From the human T2T-CHM13v2.0 reference genome, Homo sapiens: a stretch of DNA of 64,000 nucleotides. A program made the position numbers and the translations under genes. Location of the stretch: the NCBI RefSeq assembly GCF_009914755.1, contig NC_060947.1, one strand, 5' to 3'. The notes beneath the pieces were generated by a model. It made no database searches. It saw only the letters and a list, made by a program, of their open reading frames with translations, and was not told the DNA's origin. Shown here piece by piece: positions 38,671 through 55,100 of the stretch (its first letter is position 1; each line of letters begins with the position of its first letter).

Positions 38671-39726
38671 CAATTGAAAATCACTCATAATTCCAAGAAC
38701 AACAAAAATCTCAACCAATAAGAAAAAACACTTAATTGATGACAACATCAAGATAATAGAAATGTTAGAATTATCTGATAAAGTGTATAAAACAACCATC
38801 ATAAATACTTCAACAAGAAGTTGCAAGGAGACTGTAAAAACACATTGTCTCAATGACAAAATAGAAAGTCTCAGCAAATAAATAGAAGACATAAAGAATA
38901 CCTAAATGGAAATTTTAGAACTGAAAAGGACAGTAACAAGACAAAGAAACAAAAACCAAACCAAAACAACAAAGCTCTCAAGGAGTGGGCTAAAAAGCAG
39001 AATGGAGAGAACAGAGGAAAGAATTAATGAACTTAAAGATAGAATAAAATAAAGTATATAATCTGAATATCAGAAACAAATAGATTAGAAAAAATTAAAC
39101 AGAGCTTAAGGGTTTGTGGGTGTACACCACATATCTAGCTTTCATGTTCAGAGTCCTGGAAGGAAAGGAGAAAGAGGATGGAGCTGAAAAAATATTCAAA
39201 AAAATTATGGCTGAGAAGTTTCCCAAATTAGTAAAACCTGGTAACATACATATTCAAGAAGCTGAGCATATCCCAAACAATATAAACCCAAAGAAATCCA
39301 TTACCAGACAAATCAGAGTCAAACTTCTTAAAACTAAAGACAAACTAAAAATTTTCAAAGCAGCAAGAAAAACATTAATTATTGGGAATAACAATTCAAA
39401 TGACAACAGATTTCTCATTACAAATCATGAAGCCCAGAAGGAACTAGGATACTATTTTTTAAGTACTAAAAGAAAATAATTGTCAACTGTAAATTCTATA
39501 TGCAGTGAAATTATCCTTTAGGAATGGAGGGAAATTCACATTTTCAGATGAGGGAAAATGAAAATAATTTGTTACTAGCAGACCTACCCTTAAAGAATAG
39601 CTAAAAGAAGTTGTCTAAAGAGAAGAAAATCATAAAAGAAAGAATTTGGAATATTAAGAAGGAAGATATAGCATTGTAAGCAAAAATATGGTAAATACAA
39701 TAAGTTTTCCTTCTTTTCTAGAGTTT

Positions 39727-42633
39727 TCTTTTTTTATTATACTTTAAGTTCTGGGATACATGTGCAGAACGTGCAGGTTTGTTACATAGGTATACACGTG
39801 CCATGGTGGTTTCCTGCACCCATCAACCTGTCATCTATCTACATTAGGTATTTCTCCTAATGCTATCCCTCCCCTAGCCCCCCACCCCCTGACAGGCCCC
39901 AGTGTGTGATGTTCCCATGTGTTCTCACTGTTCAACTCCCACTTATGAGTGAGAACATGAGGTGTGTGGTTTTCTGTTTCTGTGTCAGTTTGCTGCGAAT
40001 GATGGTTTCCAGCTTCATCCATGTCCCTGCAAAGGACATGAACTCATCCTTTTTAATGGCTGCATAGTATTCCATGGTGCGTATGTCCCACATTATCTAG
40101 TCTATCATTGATGGGCAATTTGGGTTGGTTCCAAGTCTTTGCTATTGTGAATAGTGCTGCAATAAACATATGTGTGCATGTGTATTTATAGTAGAATGAT
40201 TTATAATCTTTGGGTATATACCCAGTAATGGGATTGCTGAGTCAAATGGTATTTCTAGTTCTAGATCCTTGAGGAAGCGCCACACTGGTTGAACTAATTT
40301 ACACTCCCACCAATAATCTAAAAGCGTTCCTATTTCTCCACATCCACTCCAGCATCTGTTTTTTCCTGACTTTTTGATGATCGCCATTCTAACTCACGTG
40401 AGATGGTATCTCATTGTGGTTTTGATTTGCATTTCTCTAATGACCAGTGATGATGAGCATTTTTTCATGTTTGTTGGCTGCATTAATGTCTTATTTTGAG
40501 AAATGTCTGTTCATACCCTTTGGCCACTTTTTGATGGGGTTGTTTGTTTGATTCTTGTAAATTTGTTTAAATTCTTTGTAGATTCTGGGTATTAGCCCTT
40601 TGTCAGATGGATAGATTGCAAACATTTTCTCCCATTCTGTAGGGTGCCTGTTCACTCTGATAATAGTTTCTTTTGCTGTGCAGAAGCTCTTTAGTTTAAT
40701 TAGATCCCATTTGTCAATTTTTGCTTTTGTTGCTATTGCTTTTGGTGTTTTAGTCATGAAGTCTTCCCCATGCCTATGTCCTGAATGGTATTGCCTAGGT
40801 TTTCTTCTAGAGTTTTTATGGTTTTAGGTCTTACCTTTAAGTCTTTAATCCATCTTGAGTTAATTTTTGTATAAAGTGTAAGGAAGGGGTCCAGTTTCAG
40901 TTTTCAGCATATGGCTAGCCAGTTTTCCCAGCATTATTTATTAAACAGGGAATCTTTTCCCCATTGCTTGTTTTTGTAAGGTTTGTCAAAGATCCAATAG
41001 TTGTAAATGTGTGGCATTATTTCTGAGGCCTCTGTTCTGTTCCATTGGTCTATCTCTCTGTTTTGGTACCGGTACCATGCTGTTTTTGTTACTGAAGCCT
41101 TGTAGTATAGTTTGAAGTCAGGTAGCATGATGCCTCCAGCTTTGTTCTTTTGGCTTAGGATTGTCTTGGATATATGGGCTCTTTTTTTGGTTCCATATGT
41201 AATTTAAAGTATTTTTTCTAATTCTGTGAAGAAAGTCAATGGTAGCTTGATGGGGTTAGCACTGAATCTATAAATTATTTTCAGCTGTATGGCCATTTTC
41301 AAGATATCGATTCTTCCTATCCATAACAATGGAATGTTTTTCCATTTGTTTGTGTCCTCTCTTATTTCCTTGAACAGTGGTTTGTAGCTCTCCTTGAAGA
41401 AGTCCTTCACATCCCTTATAAGTTATATTCCTAGGTATTTTATTCTCTTTGTAGCAATTGTGAATGTGAGTTCACTCAAGATTTGGCCCTCTGTTTGTCT
41501 ATTATTGATGTATAGGAATGTTTGTGACTTTTGCACATTGATTTTGTATCTTGAGACTTTGCTGAAGTTGCTTATCAGCTTAAGGAGATTTTGGGTTGAG
41601 ACGATGGGGTTTTCTAAATATACAATCATGTCGTCTGCAAACAGAGACAATTTGACTTCCTCTCTTGCTATTTGAATCCCCTTTATTTCTTTCACTTGCC
41701 TTGTTGCCCTGGCCAGAACTTCCAATACTATGTTGAATAGGAGTAGTGAGAGAGGGCATCCTTGTCTTGTGCCGGTTTTCAAAGACAATGCTTCCAGCTT
41801 TTGTCCATTCAGTATGATATTGGCTGTTGGTTTGTCGTAAATAGCTCTTATTATTTTGAGATACATCCCATCAATACCTAGTTTATTGAGAGTTTTTAGC
41901 ATGAAGCGGTGTTGAATTTTATCAAAGGCCTTTTCTGCCTTTATTGAGATAGTCATGTGGTTTTTGTCATTGATTCTGTTTATGTAATGGATTATGTTTA
42001 TTGATTTGCATATGTTGAATCAGCCTTGCATTCCAGCGATGAAGCTGACTTGATCATGGTGGATAAGCTTTTTGATATGCTGCTGGATTCAGTTTGCTGT
42101 ATTTTATTGAGGATTTTTGCATCGACGTTCATCAGGGATATTGGCCTGAAATTTTCCTTTTTTGTTCTGTCTCTGCCAGATTTTGGTATCAGGATGATGC
42201 TGGCCTCATAAAACGAGTTAGGGGGGAGTCTCTCTTTTACTATTGTTTGGGATAGTTTCAGAAGGAATGTTACCAGCTCCTCTTTGTACCCCTGGTAGAA
42301 TTTGGCTGTGAATCCATCTGCTCCTGGGCTTTTTCTTTTCTTTTTTCTTTTTTTTTGGTTGGTAGGCTATTAATTACTGCCTCAATTTCAGAACTTGTTA
42401 TTGGTCCTTTCAAGGATTCAACTTCTTCCTGGTTTAGCCTTGGGAGGGTGTATGTTTCTAGGAATTTTTCCATTTCTTCTAGTTTTTCTGGTTTATTTGC
42501 GTAGATGTGTTTATAGTATTCTCTGATGGTAGTTTGTATTTCTGTGGGATCAGTGGAGACATCCCCTTTATCATTTTTTATTGTGTCTATTTGATTTTTC
42601 TCTCTTTTCTTCTTTATCAGTCTGGCTAGTGGT
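39727..42633 (-). mobile_element. 5'-truncated L1PA (about L1PA7), 2.9 kb
   Basis: Minus-strand ORF2 pieces, including ORF 41423 with the RT motif LFADDMIVY; 3' UTR and T tail at 39727. Confidence 0.95.
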
Positions 42634-42951
42634 AGGGAAGAGGGTGGAATGGAGAAGAGGAAGGCAAAAACTATGAGATAGAGTCAGATTGTACTAAAGC
42701 GCTGAGGAGTGAATAAGGGCATTCTACAGAAGGGAATAATATTTCGAGAATGTTTTCCCAAATGCTAGTCATTCAATATAATTTTTGGTGATCTCACCAA
42801 ACTGAAATATATCCCTTGTCTAACCAAAGAATCCTCAACTCTTAGGAAATAAGATTTTAATTTGGGACTTTCTGTTCTTAATTAAGGGAAGCAACCTAGG
42901 AAGCTGTTTGTTAGTGTTGATTTCACACATCCACTCTTGACCCCAACTCAC

Positions 42952-43026
42952 CTGCAGAATGTAGCGTATTTGCTGTTTTGTAAACTCTGATAATCCTTTA
43001 GGAATCAATGATTCAATGTCTTCCGA
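42952..43026 (-). CDS. POF1B: POF1B exon 9, 75 nt: SEDIESLIPKGLSEFTKQQIRYILQ
   Basis: ttttttcttacag|TCG GAA...CTG CAG|gtgagt. Confidence 0.93.
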
Positions 43027-43892
43027 CTGTAAGAAAAAAAGGCTTATCCATGGAACAGATACATATCAATCTTAAGATCAGCAATCCACAGACTTTTGTG
43101 TAATGGGACATATTTTAGGAATATTAAAAGACTAATTCACTTTTTGAGAAACAGTTTCTATGAGTTTAATTTATAGCCTTATCAGTTCTTATTTTAAAAA
43201 AATCAATTATATTACAAACAGTATAAAAATAATCCTGAATTCCACGCATTTTAGGGAAAACCTTTGGGCAACCAATGAGAAGTTCCATTTCTATTTTTAA
43301 AAAGACGAAATTAAAAGCAAAATGGTCTATTAAATTCCTTTACACACTTTATTCATTGTATATTTTTTAAAACTGGAAGTTTTGTTGAGTGACAGATATG
43401 ACATTCTAGAAGCTGATTTTTGAAATAAGGAAAACTTTGGGAAATAAAAATTAAGGGAGTTACAGGTTTTACTGAGAATTTACATAGAGCTGTGGTGACT
43501 TTTGGAAGATTATGATGTTGCCACCACAACACTGAAACAGCTTCAACTAATTTTAAGTGAGTAGCTGAAGTGAAGTATTTCTTAAAGGCAATTTAGGAAT
43601 TACTGCATAATTGTAATGAATGCAGTATGCCAGTACACTGGAAAAAATGATTAAAAACACTAAAGAGGGAATTGTGCTTTTTATTGCATTGAAATAGGTT
43701 TTTCTCTATTTGATTATTCTATTAAAAGCAATTAAGATAATATGCATATGTAATAGATTAATACTTGAAAATATTTTTACTTTAAGTTGCTGACTGGCAT
43801 GGCACATATAAGGTTTTGAAGCATATTAAAACTAAATTTGCTATTTAATTAATCATATAGATTTCAGTTTTCTAAAGCAGAGAATATGTGGT

Positions 43893-43960
43893 CAGTGAAA
43901 CATCTCTTGTACCCCATAAATAAATACACCTACTATGTACACACAAAAATTAAAAATAGA
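43893..43960 (+). mobile_element. Very short L1MA-type 3' terminus
   Basis: aacatctcttgtaccccataaataaatacacctactatgtacacacaaaaattaaaaat. Confidence 0.7.
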
Positions 43961-44226
43961 ACATTTCAAATAAACATTGCAATAAGCATAGACAAATCAT
44001 AAAGTGACAGCTGATAACAATTTTTTTGTGAATAATTACTAGTTTTATAGCTATTATAAATATGTAGTGTTTATATAATTTTAAAGGCAAAATGGCCATA
44101 AATTTTTTCACTTACCTGCATTTTCAGTCTAGTAAGGTACTTAACTGAAAGAATATTATTATTGCAAATATCAGAATCTACTTTGTTATTATACTATATT
44201 CGATTTTCAACTATCTTTGCACTTAC

Positions 44227-44254
44227 CTCATCTGTAGACTCAAAGTCCTGTTTG
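44227..44254 (-). CDS. POF1B: POF1B exon 8, 28-nt micro-exon: (S)KQDFESTDE
   Basis: ttttttgttcttgcag|C AAA CAG...GAT GAG|gtaagt; needed to bridge phase 2 to phase 0. Confidence 0.92.
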
Positions 44255-46164
44255 CTGCAAGAACAAAAAAAAAGATACACAACTTTAGGAAAAGGTATTC
44301 ACTGATCATATATAAATGCTAGTTTTCTATTAATTTTATCTTACTTTTTGAAATATAAGAGGACTTATTCAATTTATAAGCACAAGTGAAAATGTTAAAA
44401 CTAAAATGGCACTTTTACTTAGTTTGACTAAATTTTTTTTTCTGGAATTAGCAAATCTATTAAAAAAGAACATCTGAATAACAAAATAATAAAATATGCA
44501 GAAGTGGTTAGTACCATCCGTTAGCACCAGTTTAATTGTGCCTAGATTAGAAGTCCTCAGTGCTTGGCAATAAATGCTTCTTGGGTGAATGAACAAGAAA
44601 AATAGCCTTTATCTCTCTATTTCCACCTTCATTTTCTCCTTGTATGTTTCAGTGCTGATTCCATCTTCTCTCCACAGTGTTTTCAAGTTCTTCATACCCT
44701 CTTTAACAAAATCAAAGCTTGCAAGACAAGCCTGAATAACTCATTTAATCTATAGTAGAGTATATTTGGTAATGACTGGCTTGAAGGATATTTGAATCTT
44801 TACATAGGGACAAAGCATTAAGCAAAATGATCAAAATTCTAGTGGGGTAATAGAATTTCCAGCATCATAATGAGGATTTGGTCACAGGGGTCGAAAGACC
44901 CTTTGTGGAGCCGTGATAGGTAGGAAAATGCTGAAGGAGAATTGTTACTGGTTATACCAGACTGGCACTTACTCCTTTGGGAACGTTGAAAACTGGAAAG
45001 GATACATTGATAGTGTTGTCTGGGGCAAGACATAGGCCTTCATTTTTGCCAACTTGTTCCCGCTCCACTTGATGGAAGAATTAGGCCCAAAATATATATG
45101 GTAAACATACTTCTCAAACAAACAAATGAAGAAAAAACAGTAAACATGGGTTCTGACAGCAAGACAGAATATTTATTTTATTTAAAGTAATTAACTTGAC
45201 TTTATCATGAAAACATTCCAAGATTGATTTGTCTATTCATTTTTTTTAACTTTTATTTTAGGTTGAGGGGTACATGTACAGGTTTGTTATATAGGTAAAT
45301 TGCATTTTGTGGTGGTTTGGTGTACAAATGATTTCATCAATGAGGTAATAAGCACAGTAACCAATAGGTAGTTTTTTGATCCTCATCCTCCTCCCACCCT
45401 CCACCCTCAAGTAGGCCCCAGAGTCTGTTGTTCCCTTCTTTGTGTCTATATGTACTCAATGTTTAGCTCCCACTTATACGTAATAACATGCAGTATTTGG
45501 CTTTCTGTTCCTACATTAGTTTGCTAAGAATAACAGCCTCCAGCTCCGTCCATGTCCCTGCAAAGAACATGATCTCATTCTTTTATATGGCTATATACTA
45601 TTCCATGGTGTAGATGTACCACATTTCCTTTATCCAGTCTATCATCAGTGGGCATTTAGGTTCATTCCATGTCGTTGCTATTGTGAATAGTGCTGCAATG
45701 AACATAGGTGTGCAAGTGTCTGTATGGTAGAATGATTTATATTCCTTTGGGTATTGTTGAAAACAGTTTGGCAATTAGTCCAAGAACTTAAAACATAATC
45801 AGCATTTGATTCAATGGAATTGCTGGGTCAAATGCTGATTCTGTTTTAAGTTCTTGGACAAATTGGCCAAACTGCTTTTCACAATGGCTGAACTAGTTTA
45901 GATTCCCACCACCAGTGCATAAGCATTACCTTTTCTCCACAACCATACCAGAATCTGTCATTTTTTGACTTTTTAATAACAACCATTCTGACTGGTGTGA
46001 GAAGGTATTTCATTGTGGTTTTGATTTGCATTTCTCTAATGTTCAGTGATGTTGAGGTTTTTTCATATGCTTGTCAGCCACATCTATGTCTTCTTTTGAA
46101 AAGTGTCTGTTCATGTCATTTGCCCACTTTTTAATGAGGTTGTTTGTTTTTTGCTTGTAAATTG

Positions 46165-46745
46165 TCAAAAAGAAGTGTGGCAATTTTTCAAAGATCTAAA
46201 GACAGAGATACCATTTGACCCAGCAAACCCATTACTGTGTATATACCCAAAAGAATATAAATAATTCTACTGTAAAGACACATGCTTGTGTAAGTTCATT
46301 GCAGCACTATTCACAATAGCAAAGACATGGAATCAACCTAAATGCCCGTCAGTGATAGACTGGATAAAGAAAATGTGGTATATATACACCATGGAATACT
46401 ACGTACCCATAAAAAACAACAAGATCATGCCCTTTGCAGGGACATGGATGGAGCTGGAGGCCATGATTCTTAGCAAACTAACACAGGAACAGAAAACCAA
46501 ATACTGCATGTTCTCACTTACAAGTGGGAGCTAAATGATGAGAACATATGGACACATAGAGGGGGAACAACACATACTGGGGCCTATTAAAAGGTAGAGG
46601 GTGGGAGGAGGAAGAGGATCAGGAAAAATAACTAATGGGTACTGAGCTTAATACCTGGGTGATGAAATAATCTGTACAACAAACCCCCATGACACAAGTT
46701 TACCTATGTAACAAGCCTGTACTTGTAATCCCGAACTTTAAAAAA
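46165..46745 (+). mobile_element. Nested short L1PA (about L1PA10-13) 3' end
   Basis: ORF 46286 is the ORF2 C-terminus; 3' UTR and A tail; host L1 resumes at aaatgtttaaattcc. Confidence 0.9.
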
Positions 46746-48736
46746 ATGTTTAAATTCCTTGTAGATTCTGGATGTTAGACCTGTGTTGGATGTATAGTTT
46801 GCAAATATTTTCTTCTCTTATTCTGTAGATTGTCTTTTAAGTCTGTTAAGTCTGTTGATAGTTTATTTTGCTGTGCAGAAGTTCTTTAGTTCAATTAGGT
46901 CCCATTTGTCCATTTTTGTTTTTGTTGTAATTGCTTTTGGCATCTTTGTCATGAAGTCTTTGTCAGGTCTTATGTCTAGAATGATATTTCCTAGGTTATC
47001 TTCTAGAGTTTTTATAGATTTTGGTTTCAGGTTTAAGACTTTAATCCAACTTGAGTTAATTTTTGTATATCGTATAAGGAGGGTTCCACTTTCAATATTC
47101 TGCATATGGCTAACCAGTTATCCCAGCACCATCTATTGAATAGGGAATCCTTTCCCCATTGCTTATTTTTGTAGATTTTGTCAAAGGTCAGATAGTTGTA
47201 GGTGTTTGGCATTATTTCTGGGATCTCTATTCTGTTCTATGGGTCTGTGTGTCTGTTTTTGTAGAAATACCATGCTGTTTTGGTTATTGTTGCCTTGTAG
47301 TAGAGTTTTAAGTTGGGTAATTTTATGCCTTCCACTTTGTTCTTTTTGCTTAGGATTGTCTTGCTATTCCAGTCTTTTATGGTTCCATATGAATTTCAAA
47401 ATAGTTTTCTTTAATTCTGTGAAGAATGACATTGCTAGTTTGATAGGAATAGCATCGAATCTGTAAATGGCTTTGGGCAGTATTGCCATTTTGATAATAC
47501 TGATTATTCCTATCCATTAGCATGGGATGTTTTTCCATTTGTTGGTGTCGTCTCTGATTTCTCTGAGCAGTGTTTTCTAATTCGTATTGTAAAGGTCTTT
47601 TACTTCCTGGGTTAGCTGTATTCCTAAGTATTTTACTCTTTTTGTGGCAATTGTGAATGGGATTGTGTTTCTGATTTGGCTCTCAGCTTGGATATTGTTG
47701 GTGTATCGAAATGTAGCTGATTTTTGTACATTGATTTCATATCCTAAAACTTTGTTTAAGTGGTGTATCAAATCAAGGAGCTTTTGGGCAGAGACTATGG
47801 AGTTTTCTAGGTATAGAATCATATTGTCTGCAAACAGGGATAGTTTGACTTCCTTTCTTCCTGCTTGAATGCCCTTTATTTCTTTCTCTTGCCAGATAGC
47901 TCTGGCTGGGACTTCCAGTGCTATGTTGCATAGAAGTGGTGAGAGAGAGCATTCTTATCTTGTTCCGGTTTCAAGAAGAATGCTTCTATCTTTTGCCCAT
48001 TTAGTATGATGTTGCCTAAGGGCTTGTAAGAGATGGCTCTTATTATTCTGAAGTATGTTTCTCCAATTCCTAGTTTCTTGAGAGTTTTTAACATAAAGGG
48101 ATCTTACATTTCATCAAAAAACCTTTTCCGTATCTATCGAGTGATCATGTGATTTTTGTTTTCAGTTCTGTACATATGGTAAGTAGCATTTATTGATTTG
48201 CATATGTTAAACCAATCTTGCCCCCCAGAAATAAAGCCTACTTGACTGTGGTGTGGATTAGCTTTTCGATGTGCTGCTTAATTTGGTTTGCTAGTATTTT
48301 ATTGGGGATTTTTGCATCAATGTTCATCAAGGATATTGGCCTTAAGTTTTATTTTTTGTTGCATCCATGCCAGGTTTTGGTATCAGGATGATGCTGGTCT
48401 TATAGAATGAGTTAGAAAGGAGTACCTCTTTCTTATTTTTTCAGAAGAGTTTCAGCAGAAATGATACCAACTCTTCCTTATACATTTGGTAGAATTTCGT
48501 TGTGAATGCATCTATCTGGTTTTGGGCTTTTTCTATTTGCTAGGCTCTTCATTACTGACTCAGTTTCAGAACTCATTATTGTTCTGTTCAGGGATTCAGT
48601 CTCTTCCTGGTTCCATCTTCAGAAGTTGTATGTTTTCAGAAATGTATTTCTTTTAGGTTTTCTACCTTGTGTGCATAAGGGTGTTTGTAATAGTCTCTGA
48701 GGGATTTTTGTATTTCTATCCCCTTTTCATTTCTGA

Positions 48737-52149
<3,413 letters not shown>

Positions 52150-55100
52150 TGTCTATCTTTCTCATTCATTCTTTCAAGGAGCCACCTTCTGGATTCATTG
52201 CTCTTTTGTATGGTTTTTTATGTCTCAATTTCCTTCAGTTCAGCTTGAATTTGGTTATTTCTTGTCTTCTACTGTCTGTGGGGTTAGTTTTCTCTTGTTT
52301 CTATAGTTCCTCTAGATGTGGTTTTGGGTTGTTAATTTGAGATCTTTCTAACTTTTTGATATGGGAGGTTAGTACTATAAACTTCCCTTATAACATTGCT
52401 TTGTCTATATCCCAGAGGTTCTGATATGTTGTATGTTTGTTGTCATTCGTTTCAAAGAATTTCTTGATTTCTGGCTTAATTTCATTATTTACCCAGAAGT
52501 CATTCAGGAGCAGGTTGTTTCATTTCCATTTAATTATATGGTTTTGAGTGAGTTTCTTAGCATCAATTTCTATTTTTATTGCACTGTGGTTCAAGATTGT
52601 AGTTGTTGTTATTTCATGTTTTTTGTATTTGCTGATGATTGCTTTATGCTCAATTTTTGGGTCAATTTTGGAATATGTGCCATGTGCAGATGAGAAGAAT
52701 GTATAGTCTGTTGTTTTGAGGTGGAGAGTTCTGTAGCTATCTGTTAGGTCCATTTTGTCAAGTGTTGATTTAAGGTTCCGAATATCTTTGTTAGTTTTCT
52801 GTCTTGCTGATATGTCTAATACTCTCAGTGGAGTGTAGCAGTCTCCCACTGTTATTGTGTTGTTATCTAAATCTCTTCATAGCTCTCTATGAACTTTCTT
52901 TATGTATCTTGGTGTGCCTGTGTTGGGTGCATATGTATGTAGGATTGTTAGGTCTTGAATTGAGCCCTTTACCATTATGTAATGCCCTTTGTCTTATTTG
53001 ATTTTTGTTAGTTTAAAATCTGTTTTTTTCTGAAATTAGGTTTATAACCCCTGCTTTTTTTCTGTTTTCCATTTGCTTGGTCGATTTTTCTCCATCTCTT
53101 TATTTTGAGCCTATGGGTGTCATTTTATGTCACATGAGTCTCTTGAAGATAGGATACCTTTGAGTTTTGCTTCTTTATCCAACTTGCCACCCTGTGCCTT
53201 TTTATTGGGGCATTTAGCTCATTTGTATTCAAGGTTGGTATTGATCCTGTCATCATGTTGTTAGCTGAGTATTATGTAGAATTGTTGATGTGGTTGCTTT
53301 ATAGTATCACTGGCCTATGTACTTGTGTGTTTTTATGGTGTTTAATAAAGGTCTTCCTTTCCATATTTAGCAATTCCTTTAGGACTTCTTGTAAGGTATG
53401 TTTGGTGGTACCAAATTCCCTAAGCATTTGCTTCTCTGAAAAGGATCTTATTTCTCCTTTGCTTGTAAAGCTTAGTTTGGCCAGATGTGAAATTCTTGGT
53501 TGAAAATTATTTTCTTTAAGAGTGCTGAATACAGGCCCCCATTCTCTTTTGGCTTGTAGGATTTCTACTGACAGGTCTGCTGCTGGCCCAATGAGATTCC
53601 CTTTGTAGGTGACCTGCCCTTTCTGTCTAGTTGACTTTTACATTTTTTCTTTCATTTCGAGAATCTGATGACGATGTGTCTTGGGTGATCTTCTTGTGTA
53701 GTATTTTGCAGGGGTTCTCTGCATTTCCTGAATTTGAATATTGGCCTCTCTAGTGAGGTTGGGGCAATTTTCATGGACGAGATCCTGAAATATGTTTTCC
53801 AAGTTGCTTCATTTTTCTGTCTCTCAGGCATGCCCGGGAGTCATAGATTGGGTCTCTTTACAAAATCCCTTATTTCTCAGATGTTTTGTTCATCCTTCTT
53901 TATTGTTTGTTCTTTTTCTCTGAGTTATTTTGGTGAGCCAGTCTTCAAGCTCTGAGATTTTTTGCCCACCTTTATCAATTCTGCTGTTAAAACTTGCAAT
54001 TACATTATGAAATTCTTATAGCGTGTTTTTCAGCTCTATTAAATCAGTTTGGTTCTTTCTTATAATAGCCATTTTGTCTATCAGCTCCTGCATTGTTTTA
54101 TTGTAATCCTTAAATTCCTTGGATTGGGTTTCAACTTTCTCCTTCATGTCGATGATCTTTGTTCCTATCCATAGTCTGAATTCTATTTCTGTCATTTCAG
54201 CCATCTCATCCTGGTTAGGAACCATTGCTGGGGCACTAGTGCAATCCTTTTGAGGTAGGAAGGCACTCTGGCTTTTTGAGTTGCCAGAGTTCTTGCACTG
54301 GTTATCTCTAATCTTTGTGGGCTGATGTTCCTTCAATCTTTGAAGTTGCTGACCTTTGGTTGGTTATTTTTTTTCTTTTATCCTGTTTGGTGTCCTTGGA
54401 GGTTTGGTTGTAGTATAAGGTGAGTACAGTCGATTGGCTTCATTTCTGGAGGATTTTAGGGGGCCAAGACTCAGCTAAGGACTCCTGAAGTGCATGCTCT
54501 AATTCTGGGGAGTCGTATTGGGCCAGGCTTTGATATGTGGCCCCTGAATGTTAGGAACTTGCCACACTGGAGAGGCCGAATTCTTCCTGGACCGCTGGTC
54601 ACAACACTCCTATGGGTGGTGCCAGCCACCATACTCCGTAGAGTGGTGGCAGTGTGATCCACCCTCGTTTGCACATGTCAACAGCAGTGGCAGTATGGTG
54701 GGGTGCACATTCATTGGCTGCAACATGGAGATTGCAGGTGCAGGCGTGCCGGCCTCTGTGGTGGTGTTCACAGTGGCAGCGGTGGCAGCATGGTGGTGGC
54801 GGGGGAGGTATCAGGCTCCGCCAGTGTCCCTGCATGCGTTTGCCCGGCAGTGGTGTTAGCACAGGGGTGGGGCACTGGTAGCACTGGACTGTGCGCGCCC
54901 TTTGTGTGCGGATTCACACAGGCGGCAGCTACTGCTGGGGGGTGGGGGCGGGTCCACTGGTCTCCCCACATATTTTCACACAGGCAGCAGTGTCAGTGCA
55001 AGTGCGGGGCGCTGGTGGGTGCTAGACTAGTGGTCTCTGAGCCGGCGAATGCTCTGATGACAATGGCGGCACAGCAGGGGATTGGGGGGCGGGATGCACG

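Larger units (their letters stand above)
37580..39726 (+). mobile_element. Old L1M 5' UTR plus ORF1 remnant, hosting the MER57 and 5S inserts
   Basis: Starts acttcagcttctgggaagatggag; ORF 39114 (EKIFKKIMAEKFPKLVK...IQEAEH...KLLKTKDK) is ORF1-like. Confidence 0.75.

Noticed and set aside
45167-45239. Possible TSD aatatttatttta(ttta)aagtaa shared with 55843-55862, implying a short 3' transduction
   Set aside because: The match is low-complexity AT sequence with an indel and cannot be told from chance without an outgroup empty site.
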